Origin: Spirochaetota bacterium
GTDB taxonomy: Bacteria; Spirochaetota; Spirochaetia; CAKZLE01
Reading direction: 5' to 3'
Assembly (NCBI GenBank): GCA_051745285.1
Contig: JBNJDX010000001.1
Coordinates: forward strand, 67,150-131,149
Length of the DNA stretch: 64,000 nucleotides
Shown: positions 47,099-54,931 of the stretch, piece by piece
Layout: each line of letters opens with the position of its first letter
How positions within the stretch are numbered: position 1 is the first letter of the stretch
Translations under genes and position numbers: made by a program
The notes under the pieces: generated by a model
What the model saw: only the letters and a program-made list of their open reading frames with translations
Database searches by the model: none
Told to the model about the DNA's origin: nothing

Positions 47099-47807
47099 CG
47101 GTATCAACGCCTTTTTCTGACGGGGAAATGAGCAGGGTACACTCACCTTTCAGAGTTGATCTAGAGGCAAAGTTGTCGTAGACCTCAGCCGCACTGCCTT
47201 CAACATACTCTTCAAAGGACTTGGTCATCTCCCGTCCCACGAGCACTCTTCTCCCCGGAGCCAGTTCACTGAGACTGGCGAGTACTTTCACAATACGGAA
47301 TGGCGATTCGTAGAGAACAAAAGCCTCGTCTCTCGAGAGAAGCTCCTTTAGTCTGGTGGTTCGTTTACCCGCCTTTGGGCTCAAAAACCCCTCGAACAAA
47401 ATACTTTTCCCCGTATATCCAGCAATCGAGACTAAACTCGTCAGAGCCGCAGGACCGGGGATAGGTATGACCTCGTGTCCATGAAGTCGTACCTGGGAAA
47501 CCAGTCTGCTGCCGGGGTCACTGATACCGGGAGTTCCAGCATCACTCACGTAGGCTAGCGTGTTACCCTCATCGAGTAATTTAACAATTCCCCGTGCAGA
47601 CTGCTGCTCATTGTGTGCGTGACAGGCAATGAGACGATTGCGTATCTCATATCGAGCAAGCAGTTTCTGGGTTCTGCGTGTATCCTCGCAGGCTATGACA
47701 TCAACAGTTTTTAATATCTCTAAGGCCCGTATGGTTATATCTCCAAGATTTCCAATCGGCGTTGCAACCATGTATAGTGTACTCATGTCCGGTATTGTAC
47801 TGCTCAT
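47082..47807 (-). CDS. rsmI: 16S rRNA (cytidine1402-2'-O)-methyltransferase
   Basis: LYMVATPIGNLGDIT...ACEDTR is present. The ORF is trimmed to an internal Met so that it does not run into the psp upstream sites. Confidence 0.85.
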   Translation of the reverse strand: MSSTIPDMSTLYMVATPIGNLGDITIRALEILKTVDVIACEDTRRTQKLLARYEIRNRLIACHAHNEQQSARGIVKLLDEGNTLAYVSDAGTPGISDPGSRLVSQVRLHGHEVIPIPGPAALTSLVSIAGYTGKSILFEGFLSPKAGKRTTRLKELLSRDEAFVLYESPFRIVKVLASLSELAPGRRVLVGREMTKSFEEYVEGSAAEVYDNFASRSTLKGECTLLISPSEKGVDTDDNTP

Positions 47808-47854
47808 GCTACCTCGAAGCAAGGGCTTCGGAAGCGAACCCCATCCGCAATAAA

Positions 47855-47886
47855 GGTATATCATACCAAGGTTGGTAATAAATACC
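47855..47886. promoter_or_regulatory. Tandem dyad sites (candidate PspF UAS) upstream of pspA-1
   Basis: GGTATATCATACC and GGTAATAAATACC fit GGTWW-N3-WWACC, with centres 19 bp apart. They lie about 60-80 bp upstream of the -24 element. Near-identical sites occur at 50020-50052. Confidence 0.45.
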
Positions 47887-47937
47887 ACGACTAAAATCCA
47901 TACCTGCGTTCTGTCACTGCAAAGTCCAATTCAAAAT

Positions 47938-47953
47938 TGGCACAGTTTATGCT
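47938..47953 (+). promoter_or_regulatory. Sigma-54 (-24/-12) promoter of pspA-1
   Basis: TGGCAC-AGTTT-ATGCT. GG lies at 47939-47940 and GC at 47951-47952, giving the exact 12-nt register of the consensus TGGCAC-N5-TTGC. Confidence 0.75.
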
Positions 47954-47995
47954 CTGTAGAACATATACACTATGTTTTCCAGATTGGAGGAAGAA

Positions 47996-48664
47996 ATGAG
48001 AAATATAAGAAGATTGAAAGACATTATTCATGCAAACGTCAATTCAGCACTGGACAAGGCTGAAAACCCAGAAAAACTGATCCGCTACATGATCGGTGAG
48101 ATGGAAGAATCCCTTACTGACTTAAAGTCATCCTGTGCTGCAAAAATAGCCCAGAAAACCCGGACAGAGCAGGACATCGCTCGGTTGCAGGAAACTGCCT
48201 CCAGATGGAACGAACGGGCTGAACTTGCCGTTGAGAAAGGAAAGGATGAGCTCGCACGAGAAGCACTGGTAGAAAAAAACCGCGCCGAACGTGAACTGGA
48301 AGCAGCAAAAAACTCCTTAAGCAAACTTGAGACCATTATCAGTGAGTGCCGGTCAAATACAAAGGAACTTGAACAGAAGCTACAGTCTGTGCGGGAAAAA
48401 CAGCGGACCCTCATTGAACGCGGTATTCACGCGAGAGAGACTCTCCTCACGAGAGAGCAGATTCGCGAGGCAGAGGGCGAAGATGCCTACCGGAGATTCA
48501 GCCAATTCGAGCAGCGTATTGAGCGTATGGAGGCAGAGGCAGAAATGGCCGGATTTGGCACAAAACCATCAGAAGACTCCTTCAGCTCCATGGAGCACGA
48601 GGATGAGATCGAAGATCAGCTGTCCAAGCTGAAGAAAAAAGCCAAGTCAAAGACGAAGGCGTAA
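47996..48664 (+). CDS. pspA: Phage shock protein A (PspA/IM30 family), copy 1
   Basis: The coiled-coil protein begins MRNIRRLKDIIHANVNSALDKAENPEKLIRYMIGEMEE. The ATG lies 5 nt after a GGAGG RBS. The track start at 47972 has no RBS and would sit about 9 nt from the predicted transcription start. Confidence 0.9.
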   Translation: MRNIRRLKDIIHANVNSALDKAENPEKLIRYMIGEMEESLTDLKSSCAAKIAQKTRTEQDIARLQETASRWNERAELAVEKGKDELAREALVEKNRAERELEAAKNSLSKLETIISECRSNTKELEQKLQSVREKQRTLIERGIHARETLLTREQIREAEGEDAYRRFSQFEQRIERMEAEAEMAGFGTKPSEDSFSSMEHEDEIEDQLSKLKKKAKSKTKA

Positions 48665-48677
48665 GGAGTACAAACTG

Positions 48678-48950
48678 ATGAAGACAAACCAAAGCACGCA
48701 AAGAAAAAGGTTGTACCGCTCACGAGATGGTATTATCTGGGGAGTCTGCCAGGGACTGGCTAACTGGCTTGAGATACCTGTCGGTATTGTAAGAGGAATC
48801 TGCATACTTTCATTCATACTGTCGGGATTTCTGCCGATTGCCGGGTTGTATGCTGCAGCCGCCGTCCTACTCCCCCTTGAACCGGCTAGAGGATTCAGCA
48901 GCCGCTATTACAATACCGAACACGATTGGGACCGCCGCTTCTATCGCTAA
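48678..48950 (+). CDS. pspC: PspC-domain membrane protein, copy 1
   Basis: The PspC N-terminal motif LYRSRDGIIWGVCQGLANWLEIPVGIVR is followed by a TM helix. Confidence 0.8.
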   Translation: MKTNQSTQRKRLYRSRDGIIWGVCQGLANWLEIPVGIVRGICILSFILSGFLPIAGLYAAAAVLLPLEPARGFSSRYYNTEHDWDRRFYR

Positions 48951-48986
48951 CGATTCGTGCAGTTCCCTTGAAATGCTATACCCTCT

Positions 48987-49016
48987 GCAGGCCGCCGAAA
49001 GGCGGTCTGCTTCTGT
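48987..49016 (+). terminator. Hairpin between convergent pspC-1 and pspF
   Basis: GCAGGCCGCC-gaaa-GGCGGTCTGC forms a 10-bp stem with one G-U pair and a GNRA-like loop, followed by TTCTGT. Confidence 0.45.
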
Positions 49017-49017
49017 A

Positions 49018-50019
49018 TCAGCTCTGCAGTCTGGACTGGTATTTTCTATAGAGTCCGCGGAATTGGTCATAGCTGAGACCGAGCAGACTTGCAGCTGTTT
49101 TCTGGTTCTGCTGGGAGCGCGACAAGGCTTTTTGGAGAAAGGCTAAATCAAGGTCTTCCCTGGCCTGAAAGAACTCATCAAGCCCATACTGAGAAAGCAG
49201 TCCCCCGGAGGTCTGTATGTCCGACTCTCCAATCTCATAGGGATTTTTGAACGGATCGGTTTCGATTGCTGCAATGACCTGCTGATCACTACGATATACT
49301 GCCCGCTCGACACTGTTTTTCAACTCGCGTATATTCCCCGGCCAGTCATACTGCAGCATGCTATCAACTGCCTCTTGTGAAAACAGCGGTTCTTGTTCCC
49401 AGCCGCACTCAAAAGCCATCCGTGCAGCAAAGTGGTTAGCCAGAAGCAGAATATCTTCTCCCCGAACCCGGAGGGGAGGCAGAAAGAGCACTTCGAAAGA
49501 TAGCCGATCAAGCAGGTCCTGCTTGAATTTCTCCTCTTTGCAGAGCTTTGGAAGGTCTGCATTGGTGGCACCAACAATGCGGACATTCACTTCAATCGTC
49601 TTAGATGAGCCTACCCGCTCAAAACAACCATACTCAACGACCCGAAGGATTTTCTCCTGTACCTCGAGCGGTATGAGACCGATCTCATCCAAGAACAGGG
49701 TTCCGTCATCTGCTTCCTCAAAACGGCCTTTCCGAGTTTTTGAGGCCCCGGTAAAGGCTCCAGCTTCATGCCCAAACAGCTCAGTCTCAATGAGACTGGG
49801 GGGCAGGGCTGCTAAGTTGATAGCTACAAACGGCTGCTGCCACCGAGGAGAAAGGTAGTGAATACGAGAGGCTGCCAGCTCCTTGCCGCTGCCGCGCTCG
49901 CCAATGACCAGCACAGGCCGATCGACCTTTGCAGCTCTGCTGATCTCCTGCTGAAAATTCAGAAATACCTCAGACTCGCCGAGGGGAGCCTCACGTCTAA
50001 CTTCGTCTACTTGTATCAT
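49018..50019 (-). CDS. pspF: Sigma-54-dependent activator without a receiver domain (PspF type)
   Basis: 333 aa. The AAA+ core carries Walker A GERGSGKE, the sigma-54 contact loop GAFTGA and Walker B LFLDEI. A C-terminal HTH (QKTAASLLGLSYDQFRGLYRKY) is present and there is no N-terminal sensory domain. The gene is divergent from pspA-2. Confidence 0.85.
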   Translation of the reverse strand: MIQVDEVRREAPLGESEVFLNFQQEISRAAKVDRPVLVIGERGSGKELAASRIHYLSPRWQQPFVAINLAALPPSLIETELFGHEAGAFTGASKTRKGRFEEADDGTLFLDEIGLIPLEVQEKILRVVEYGCFERVGSSKTIEVNVRIVGATNADLPKLCKEEKFKQDLLDRLSFEVLFLPPLRVRGEDILLLANHFAARMAFECGWEQEPLFSQEAVDSMLQYDWPGNIRELKNSVERAVYRSDQQVIAAIETDPFKNPYEIGESDIQTSGGLLSQYGLDEFFQAREDLDLAFLQKALSRSQQNQKTAASLLGLSYDQFRGLYRKYQSRLQS

Positions 50020-50052
50020 GGTTTATCATACCATCACTCGGTTATAATTACC
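50020..50052. promoter_or_regulatory. Tandem dyad sites (candidate PspF UAS) between pspF and pspA-2
   Basis: GGTTTATCATACC and GGTTATAATTACC have centres 20 bp apart. The first site abuts the pspF start codon. The spacing to the -24 element is about the same as at pspA-1. Confidence 0.45.
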
Positions 50053-50104
50053 ATAGTTGGACATCCTTCACCCCATCACACCCTTCTATGATTGGGATAA
50101 AATT

Positions 50105-50120
50105 TGGCACACTTCCTGCT
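50105..50120 (+). promoter_or_regulatory. Sigma-54 (-24/-12) promoter of pspA-2BC
   Basis: TGGCAC-ACTTC-CTGCT. GG lies at 50106-50107 and GC at 50118-50119, which is the correct 12-nt register. Confidence 0.75.
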
Positions 50121-50170
50121 TTTAAACTTGTGGAAAGGACAAAAGCATACTACCATTCAGGAGGAATGAC

Positions 50171-50836
50171 ATGGGAGTTTTTACACGATTTAGAGACATA
50201 ATAAATGCAAACATCAACTCGATGCTTGACAAGGCTGAAAACCCGGAGAAAATGATCAGGTTAATGATGCAGGAAATGGAGGATACTCTTATAGACCTCA
50301 AATCCTCCTGTGCCGCAAAGATGGCTGGAAAGGCTAAGGCCCAACGCGAGTTGAAGGAAATCCAGTCGAAGGTTGACCGCTGGCACAACCGGGCTGAATT
50401 GGCCGTCAGCAAAAAACGGGACGATCTTGCCCGGGAAGCGCTGGTAGAGAAAAAGCGTGCTCAGCAGGATGCTGAAGCTCTGCGCAGTGACGTCGAGCAG
50501 TATGACAGGCTGATAGAGGAGTGCAAGGCAAATATTGTGCAGCTCGAGGAAAAACTGCAATCTGTACGCCAGAAGCATAAAATACTGGTACAAAGAAGTC
50601 TGCATGCACAGGAACAGAAGCAGGCACGTACAACAACCCGTCAGGCTGAAGGCGATGAGGCGATGAGGCGATTTTCTGACTTTGAAAGTAAAATTGAACG
50701 CATGGAAGCCGATGCCGAGATGACCGGTTTTGGAGAAACCAGTACAGTAGAGCAGGAGTTTTCCAAACTGGAATCCTCTGACGAGATTGAACAGGAACTG
50801 AGCAACCTAAAAAAACATTTTGATGAAAGGAAGTAA
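50171..50836 (+). CDS. pspA: Phage shock protein A (PspA/IM30 family), copy 2
   Basis: MGVFTRFRDIINANINSMLDKAENPEKMIRLMMQEMED..., with a coiled coil throughout. It is clearly paralogous to copy 1. Confidence 0.9.
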   Translation: MGVFTRFRDIINANINSMLDKAENPEKMIRLMMQEMEDTLIDLKSSCAAKMAGKAKAQRELKEIQSKVDRWHNRAELAVSKKRDDLAREALVEKKRAQQDAEALRSDVEQYDRLIEECKANIVQLEEKLQSVRQKHKILVQRSLHAQEQKQARTTTRQAEGDEAMRRFSDFESKIERMEADAEMTGFGETSTVEQEFSKLESSDEIEQELSNLKKHFDERK

Positions 50837-50844
50837 TATATATC

Positions 50845-51066
50845 ATGGATGGGGCGTTAATAGTTTTTATCGTAATCGGTCTTCCGGTTATCTGTTTGAC
50901 GATTCTCTTTCTAGCAAAGATAATCATCCGGCAGGGTAACGAGAAGAAAAAGAACAATCAGAATGAGGATGAAGCTGTGATCGAAGAAATTTACCACGGA
51001 CTGCGTGACTTACGCAGACGGGTAGAGAATCTAGAGACAATCTTGCACAGCCAGGACAGAGGATAG
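50845..51066 (+). CDS. pspB: PspB-like small membrane protein
   Basis: 73 aa. A single N-terminal TM helix is followed by a C-terminal amphipathic helix (LRDLRRRVENLETIL), matching PspB architecture and its position between pspA and pspC. Confidence 0.7.
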   Translation: MDGALIVFIVIGLPVICLTILFLAKIIIRQGNEKKKNNQNEDEAVIEEIYHGLRDLRRRVENLETILHSQDRG

Positions 51067-51077
51067 AGGGTATCGCT

Positions 51078-51461
51078 ATGACGAGAACAAATAGAATATA
51101 TAGATCAAGACACGGAGAACTGCTGGGGGTATGTCAGGGAATTGCTGACTGGAGAGAGCTTCCCGTTGGCCCCATTCGACTTTTACTCATTATTCTGGCT
51201 CTTTCGACTGCCGTTGTACCTATCCTTATCATATATGTACTGGCAGGTATTCTCATGCCGCTCGAACCAGCTGAGGGTGGTTTTAAAGCGGGCGAATACG
51301 ATGAGGATATCCGGGGTAAATATCGGGAAAACCGTCACCATACTGTCCATGATATCAAACGGGAATTCGACGACCTGAAAGAAAAAGTAACAAACATGGA
51401 AGACGATGTGTTTGACCGTGAAAAAGAATGGGACAACAAGTTCCGCTCCAAACAGTCCTAG
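51078..51461 (+). CDS. pspC: PspC-domain membrane protein, copy 2
   Basis: IYRSRHGELLGVCQGIADWRELPVGPIR is followed by a TM helix and a C-terminal coiled-coil/leucine-zipper-like tail. Confidence 0.8.
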   Translation: MTRTNRIYRSRHGELLGVCQGIADWRELPVGPIRLLLIILALSTAVVPILIIYVLAGILMPLEPAEGGFKAGEYDEDIRGKYRENRHHTVHDIKREFDDLKEKVTNMEDDVFDREKEWDNKFRSKQS

Positions 51462-51477
51462 GTTGAGGTTGCATCCC

Positions 51478-52407
51478 ATGAAACCGTTCAAAGCGCTGGC
51501 ACTTGTTTTGACAGGATTCTTAGCAGCAGCCACCCTTCCGGCGGTGGGTATCCAGGAGACCCTGGGAAGATTCGGTTTGCGCCAGATCGAGGAGTCCGCC
51601 GCCGGTTCCCTTTCTGATCAACAAACTCTCTCGATCTCAACAAAGGCGGCTGATATTCGTATTATCCGATCCGAGGCTCCCGGAACTACCTCAGCAGCCC
51701 TGACTGGCTACGCCTCGGCACCAATCAAACTCCAACTGAAGGAAGGACCGCGAAAGACCTTTATTGAGACCAAGTGGAACCGGTCACCCGGCACGCATAC
51801 TGAAGACCTGCAGCTTGATGTCCGTATTCCCGAAGATTTCTCTGGTAGCCTTGAACTTCTTTCTGCTTCCGGTGCTGTAGAAATCCCAGAGGGCGCATGG
51901 ACGGCTTTGACCGCTGATAGTGCTTCAGGATCGATTTTCATTAATGAACCTACCGCAGATAGGTTGAAAGCTTCCTCTGCATCTGGTTCAATCACAATTC
52001 AACGAGCCACTGTGCCGGTCATACAAGTCAGTACGGTCTCCGGGAAGGTAAGACTCAACACTGAAAAGAGCAGTGAAATTACAACCCGTTCCGTATCAGG
52101 TGCGATCAATCTCTCTGGAACCTTTAGCAGTATCTCAGTGACATCGGTATCAGGAGCTGTGCTTATCCAGCCGAATACTATTTTTGAAGACATAGCTGCA
52201 TCTACAATCTCGGGAACGATCAGCGTGGAACTCCCGAAGGGAGCAGAGACATACGGTCAGATTTCTTCTGTCAGCGGCGGCCTCACTCTGAACATTGATG
52301 GCGCTGAAAAACAGACAGAAAGGCAGTCCCTTGCCTGGAACTCGGGAGAGGCTCTGCGGCGAATAGAGGCAGAAAGCGTCTCTGGTTCCATCCGTATATC
52401 AGAGTAA
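51478..52407 (+). CDS. Secreted DUF4097-like beta-helix repeat protein (LiaG-like)
   Basis: A signal peptide (MKPFKALALVLTGFLAAATLPAVG) is followed by repeated S(A/V)SG(A/S)(I/V) strands (SASGAVEI, SASGSIFI, SASGSITI, TVSGKVRL, SVSGAINL, SVSGAVLI, TISGTISV, SVSGSIRI). The ORF is trimmed to the ATG after a GAGG RBS. Confidence 0.7.
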   Translation: MKPFKALALVLTGFLAAATLPAVGIQETLGRFGLRQIEESAAGSLSDQQTLSISTKAADIRIIRSEAPGTTSAALTGYASAPIKLQLKEGPRKTFIETKWNRSPGTHTEDLQLDVRIPEDFSGSLELLSASGAVEIPEGAWTALTADSASGSIFINEPTADRLKASSASGSITIQRATVPVIQVSTVSGKVRLNTEKSSEITTRSVSGAINLSGTFSSISVTSVSGAVLIQPNTIFEDIAASTISGTISVELPKGAETYGQISSVSGGLTLNIDGAEKQTERQSLAWNSGEALRRIEAESVSGSIRISE

Positions 52408-52449
52408 CAAATATTGTATAATTTCGTATGACATGGTACTATCCGGCCC

Positions 52450-54231
52450 ATGAAAACAATGAAACGAAGCACTACCTGCGGGGCGTTGAACGCCTCCGAT
52501 GCAGGCAAACAAGTAACCCTTAATGGGTGGGTCCACCGAAACAGAAATCACGGTGGGGTCCACTTCATAAACCTCCGGGATAGATACGGAATCACCCAGC
52601 TTGTTATCGATGAAGACGCCCCGGATCAGTTGCGCAAACAAGCTGAGCAACTTAAGCTTGAGTTCTGCATCGCTGTAGAAGGAACTGTACGTGTTCGCCC
52701 TGAATCAATGCGAAACACCGCGATGCCAACCGGTGAAATTGAAATCGCAGTACAGAAGCTGGAAGTGCTCTCTTCGTGCAACACCCTTCCCTTTATGATT
52801 GAAGAGGAGACAGAAGCGAAGGAGGAACTTCGTCTTGGCTACCGGTATCTGGATCTCAGGTCTGCCGGCATGCAGCGAAGAATCAAACTGAGAAGTGATT
52901 TCACCTTTGCCATTCGTGAATACCTGATCAAACAGGACTTCTATGAAATAGAAACGCCAACACTCATCAGATCAACACCTGAGGGGGCCCGCGACTTTTT
53001 GGTTCCCTCCAGGATACAGCCGGGGAAATTTTATGCCCTGCCTCAGTCACCGCAGCTTTTCAAACAGATTCTCATGGTGTCAAACTTCGATAAGTATTTC
53101 CAGGTCGCACGCTGCTATCGGGACGAGGATGCCCGTGGGGACCGGCAGCTGGAGTTCACCCAGGTAGATCTGGAAATGAGCTTTGTCAGCCGGGAAGACG
53201 TGTTTTCTGTTACAGAGGGGATGTTCCAGCATGCCTTCGAGAAAACGTTGGGAATAACACTTCCTGCGACATTCAGGCGTCTCTCCTACCAGGATGCCAT
53301 GAACACCTATGGGAGTGACAAACCTGATCTTCGCTTTGAGATGCAGCTGCACGATATTTCTGACATCGCCTCCGAAAGCACATTCAATGCGTTCAAACAG
53401 ACTGTCGAGGCAGGAGGCTTCGTCAAAGCCGTAGTAGCCCCCGGCTGCGGTGGGTATTCGAGAAAACAAATCACCCAGCTTGAGGATACTGCCAAGATCT
53501 ATAAAGCCAAAGGGCTTGCCTGGATGAAGGTAACTGAAAACGGTCTGGAAGGAGGAGTCTCAAAATTTTTCACTCCTCAGCAAGATGATCTGCTGGAAAA
53601 ACTTGGAGCATCAGCCGGCGATCTTATCCTTATGGTCGCCGACAACTGGATTACCAGCTGTACAGCGCTTGGAGCAGTCCGCAGCCAGCTTGGCAAGGAA
53701 CTTGGTCTGCTTGATCCCGCCCAATTTGAATTCTGCTGGATCATCGATTTCCCCTTGTTCGAGTATAATGAAGAGGAATCACGCTGGGAGGCAGCTCACC
53801 ATATGTTCTCCATGCCGCAGGAAGAATACCTCGAGACTATGGAAGAACATCCCGGTGAAGTAAAGGGAGATCTGTATGACCTTGTCCTCAATGGATATGA
53901 GGTAGCATCGGGCTCTATTCGTATTCATGACCCGGAAATCCAGAAAAAGATTTTTCGCATCGTGGGCTTTTCTCAAGAAGTAGCTGAGGAACGTTTCGGT
54001 TTTCTCTTGAAAGCCTTCAGCTACGGAGCACCTCCTCACGGGGGAATTGCGCCGGGTTTAGATCGGATACTAATGGTCATCAGCGGACAGACTTCTATTA
54101 AAGAGGTCATCGCCTTTCCAAAGAACTCAGCTGGCATTTCTCCCATGGATGATTCGCCTTCCCCTGTGGATGAGAAACAACTGCAGGATCTTCATCTGGC
54201 ACTCAATCTTCCTGAAGAAGACAAGAGCTAG
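52450..54231 (+). CDS. aspS: Aspartyl-tRNA synthetase
   Basis: 593 aa. An OB-fold N-terminus (GWVHRNRNHGGVHFINLRDRYG) is followed by class II motifs (FQVARCYRDED, GGIAPGLDR). Confidence 0.95.
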   Translation: MKTMKRSTTCGALNASDAGKQVTLNGWVHRNRNHGGVHFINLRDRYGITQLVIDEDAPDQLRKQAEQLKLEFCIAVEGTVRVRPESMRNTAMPTGEIEIAVQKLEVLSSCNTLPFMIEEETEAKEELRLGYRYLDLRSAGMQRRIKLRSDFTFAIREYLIKQDFYEIETPTLIRSTPEGARDFLVPSRIQPGKFYALPQSPQLFKQILMVSNFDKYFQVARCYRDEDARGDRQLEFTQVDLEMSFVSREDVFSVTEGMFQHAFEKTLGITLPATFRRLSYQDAMNTYGSDKPDLRFEMQLHDISDIASESTFNAFKQTVEAGGFVKAVVAPGCGGYSRKQITQLEDTAKIYKAKGLAWMKVTENGLEGGVSKFFTPQQDDLLEKLGASAGDLILMVADNWITSCTALGAVRSQLGKELGLLDPAQFEFCWIIDFPLFEYNEEESRWEAAHHMFSMPQEEYLETMEEHPGEVKGDLYDLVLNGYEVASGSIRIHDPEIQKKIFRIVGFSQEVAEERFGFLLKAFSYGAPPHGGIAPGLDRILMVISGQTSIKEVIAFPKNSAGISPMDDSPSPVDEKQLQDLHLALNLPEEDKS

Positions 54232-54398
54232 TTCAGTCTGGAATTTTCCCTCCTCCCGGGAGAGCCTAACTTCCGGGAGGACTCCTATCCTACTGTTCAC
54301 ATTAATACAATTTAACCTTCCCGACTCTCGAATCTTAATCAGCTTCCTGTAGATTACTCCGATACACACTGCATCCAGCATGCATAAGGAGAAATGGT

Positions 54399-54881
54399 AT
54401 GAAACGAAAACTAGTCCTAGCAATCTTGTTGATCACACTGACTTCTGTTACCGCTGTGTTTGCCGCCGGAAATCAGGAAAACCGCGGCCGAAACACACCC
54501 CTTTTGGGAGAACAGATTGAATTAACTGGTACTCTTGAGGTAACCGACACAGAAGTAGTCTTGAACACCAGGCAAGGAAGCTATTCTCTCTCAGCCCGGG
54601 GCGGCAGACTCATCAATCTTGATGGGCTTGACGGGGAGCAAGTCACAGCTGGAGGATACCTAAGCTCAACAAACGAGTGTATCAACAACCTCGATGGGCA
54701 TCTCTTTGTTGAACATGCCCAGTCAGGAGACCAGGAATATGCAGGGTTTACCCCCGGGAGTAACCGGCAGGCGCCTCAGAGAGCAAAAGGACAACCTTCT
54801 CAGCCCCTCCAGGGCGGTAGAGGTCCACAGTCTCCAGGCGGTACCCGAACGGGAGGGAGAGGACCTAACGGAGTTATCTAA
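54399..54881 (+). CDS. Hypothetical secreted protein with Gly/Pro/Gln-rich tail
   Basis: The signal peptide is MKRKLVLAILLITLTSVTAVFA. I recognise no domain. An AAGGAG RBS is present. Confidence 0.5.
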   Translation: MKRKLVLAILLITLTSVTAVFAAGNQENRGRNTPLLGEQIELTGTLEVTDTEVVLNTRQGSYSLSARGGRLINLDGLDGEQVTAGGYLSSTNECINNLDGHLFVEHAQSGDQEYAGFTPGSNRQAPQRAKGQPSQPLQGGRGPQSPGGTRTGGRGPNGVI

Positions 54882-54931
54882 GGAGTGAACAACACACGGC
54901 AGATAATAATAGCCATCTGTCGTGTGTCTCG

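Noticed and set aside
50406-50957. 183-aa ORF antisense to pspA-2 and pspB
   Set aside because: It is a shadow ORF opposite a coiled-coil gene whose codon periodicity leaves the antisense frame open. It has no recognisable domain or start context.
54252-54280. Hairpin CCTCCCGG-N13-CCGGGAGG after aspS
   Set aside because: The large loop and the lack of a following T-tract give insufficient support to call it an intrinsic terminator.
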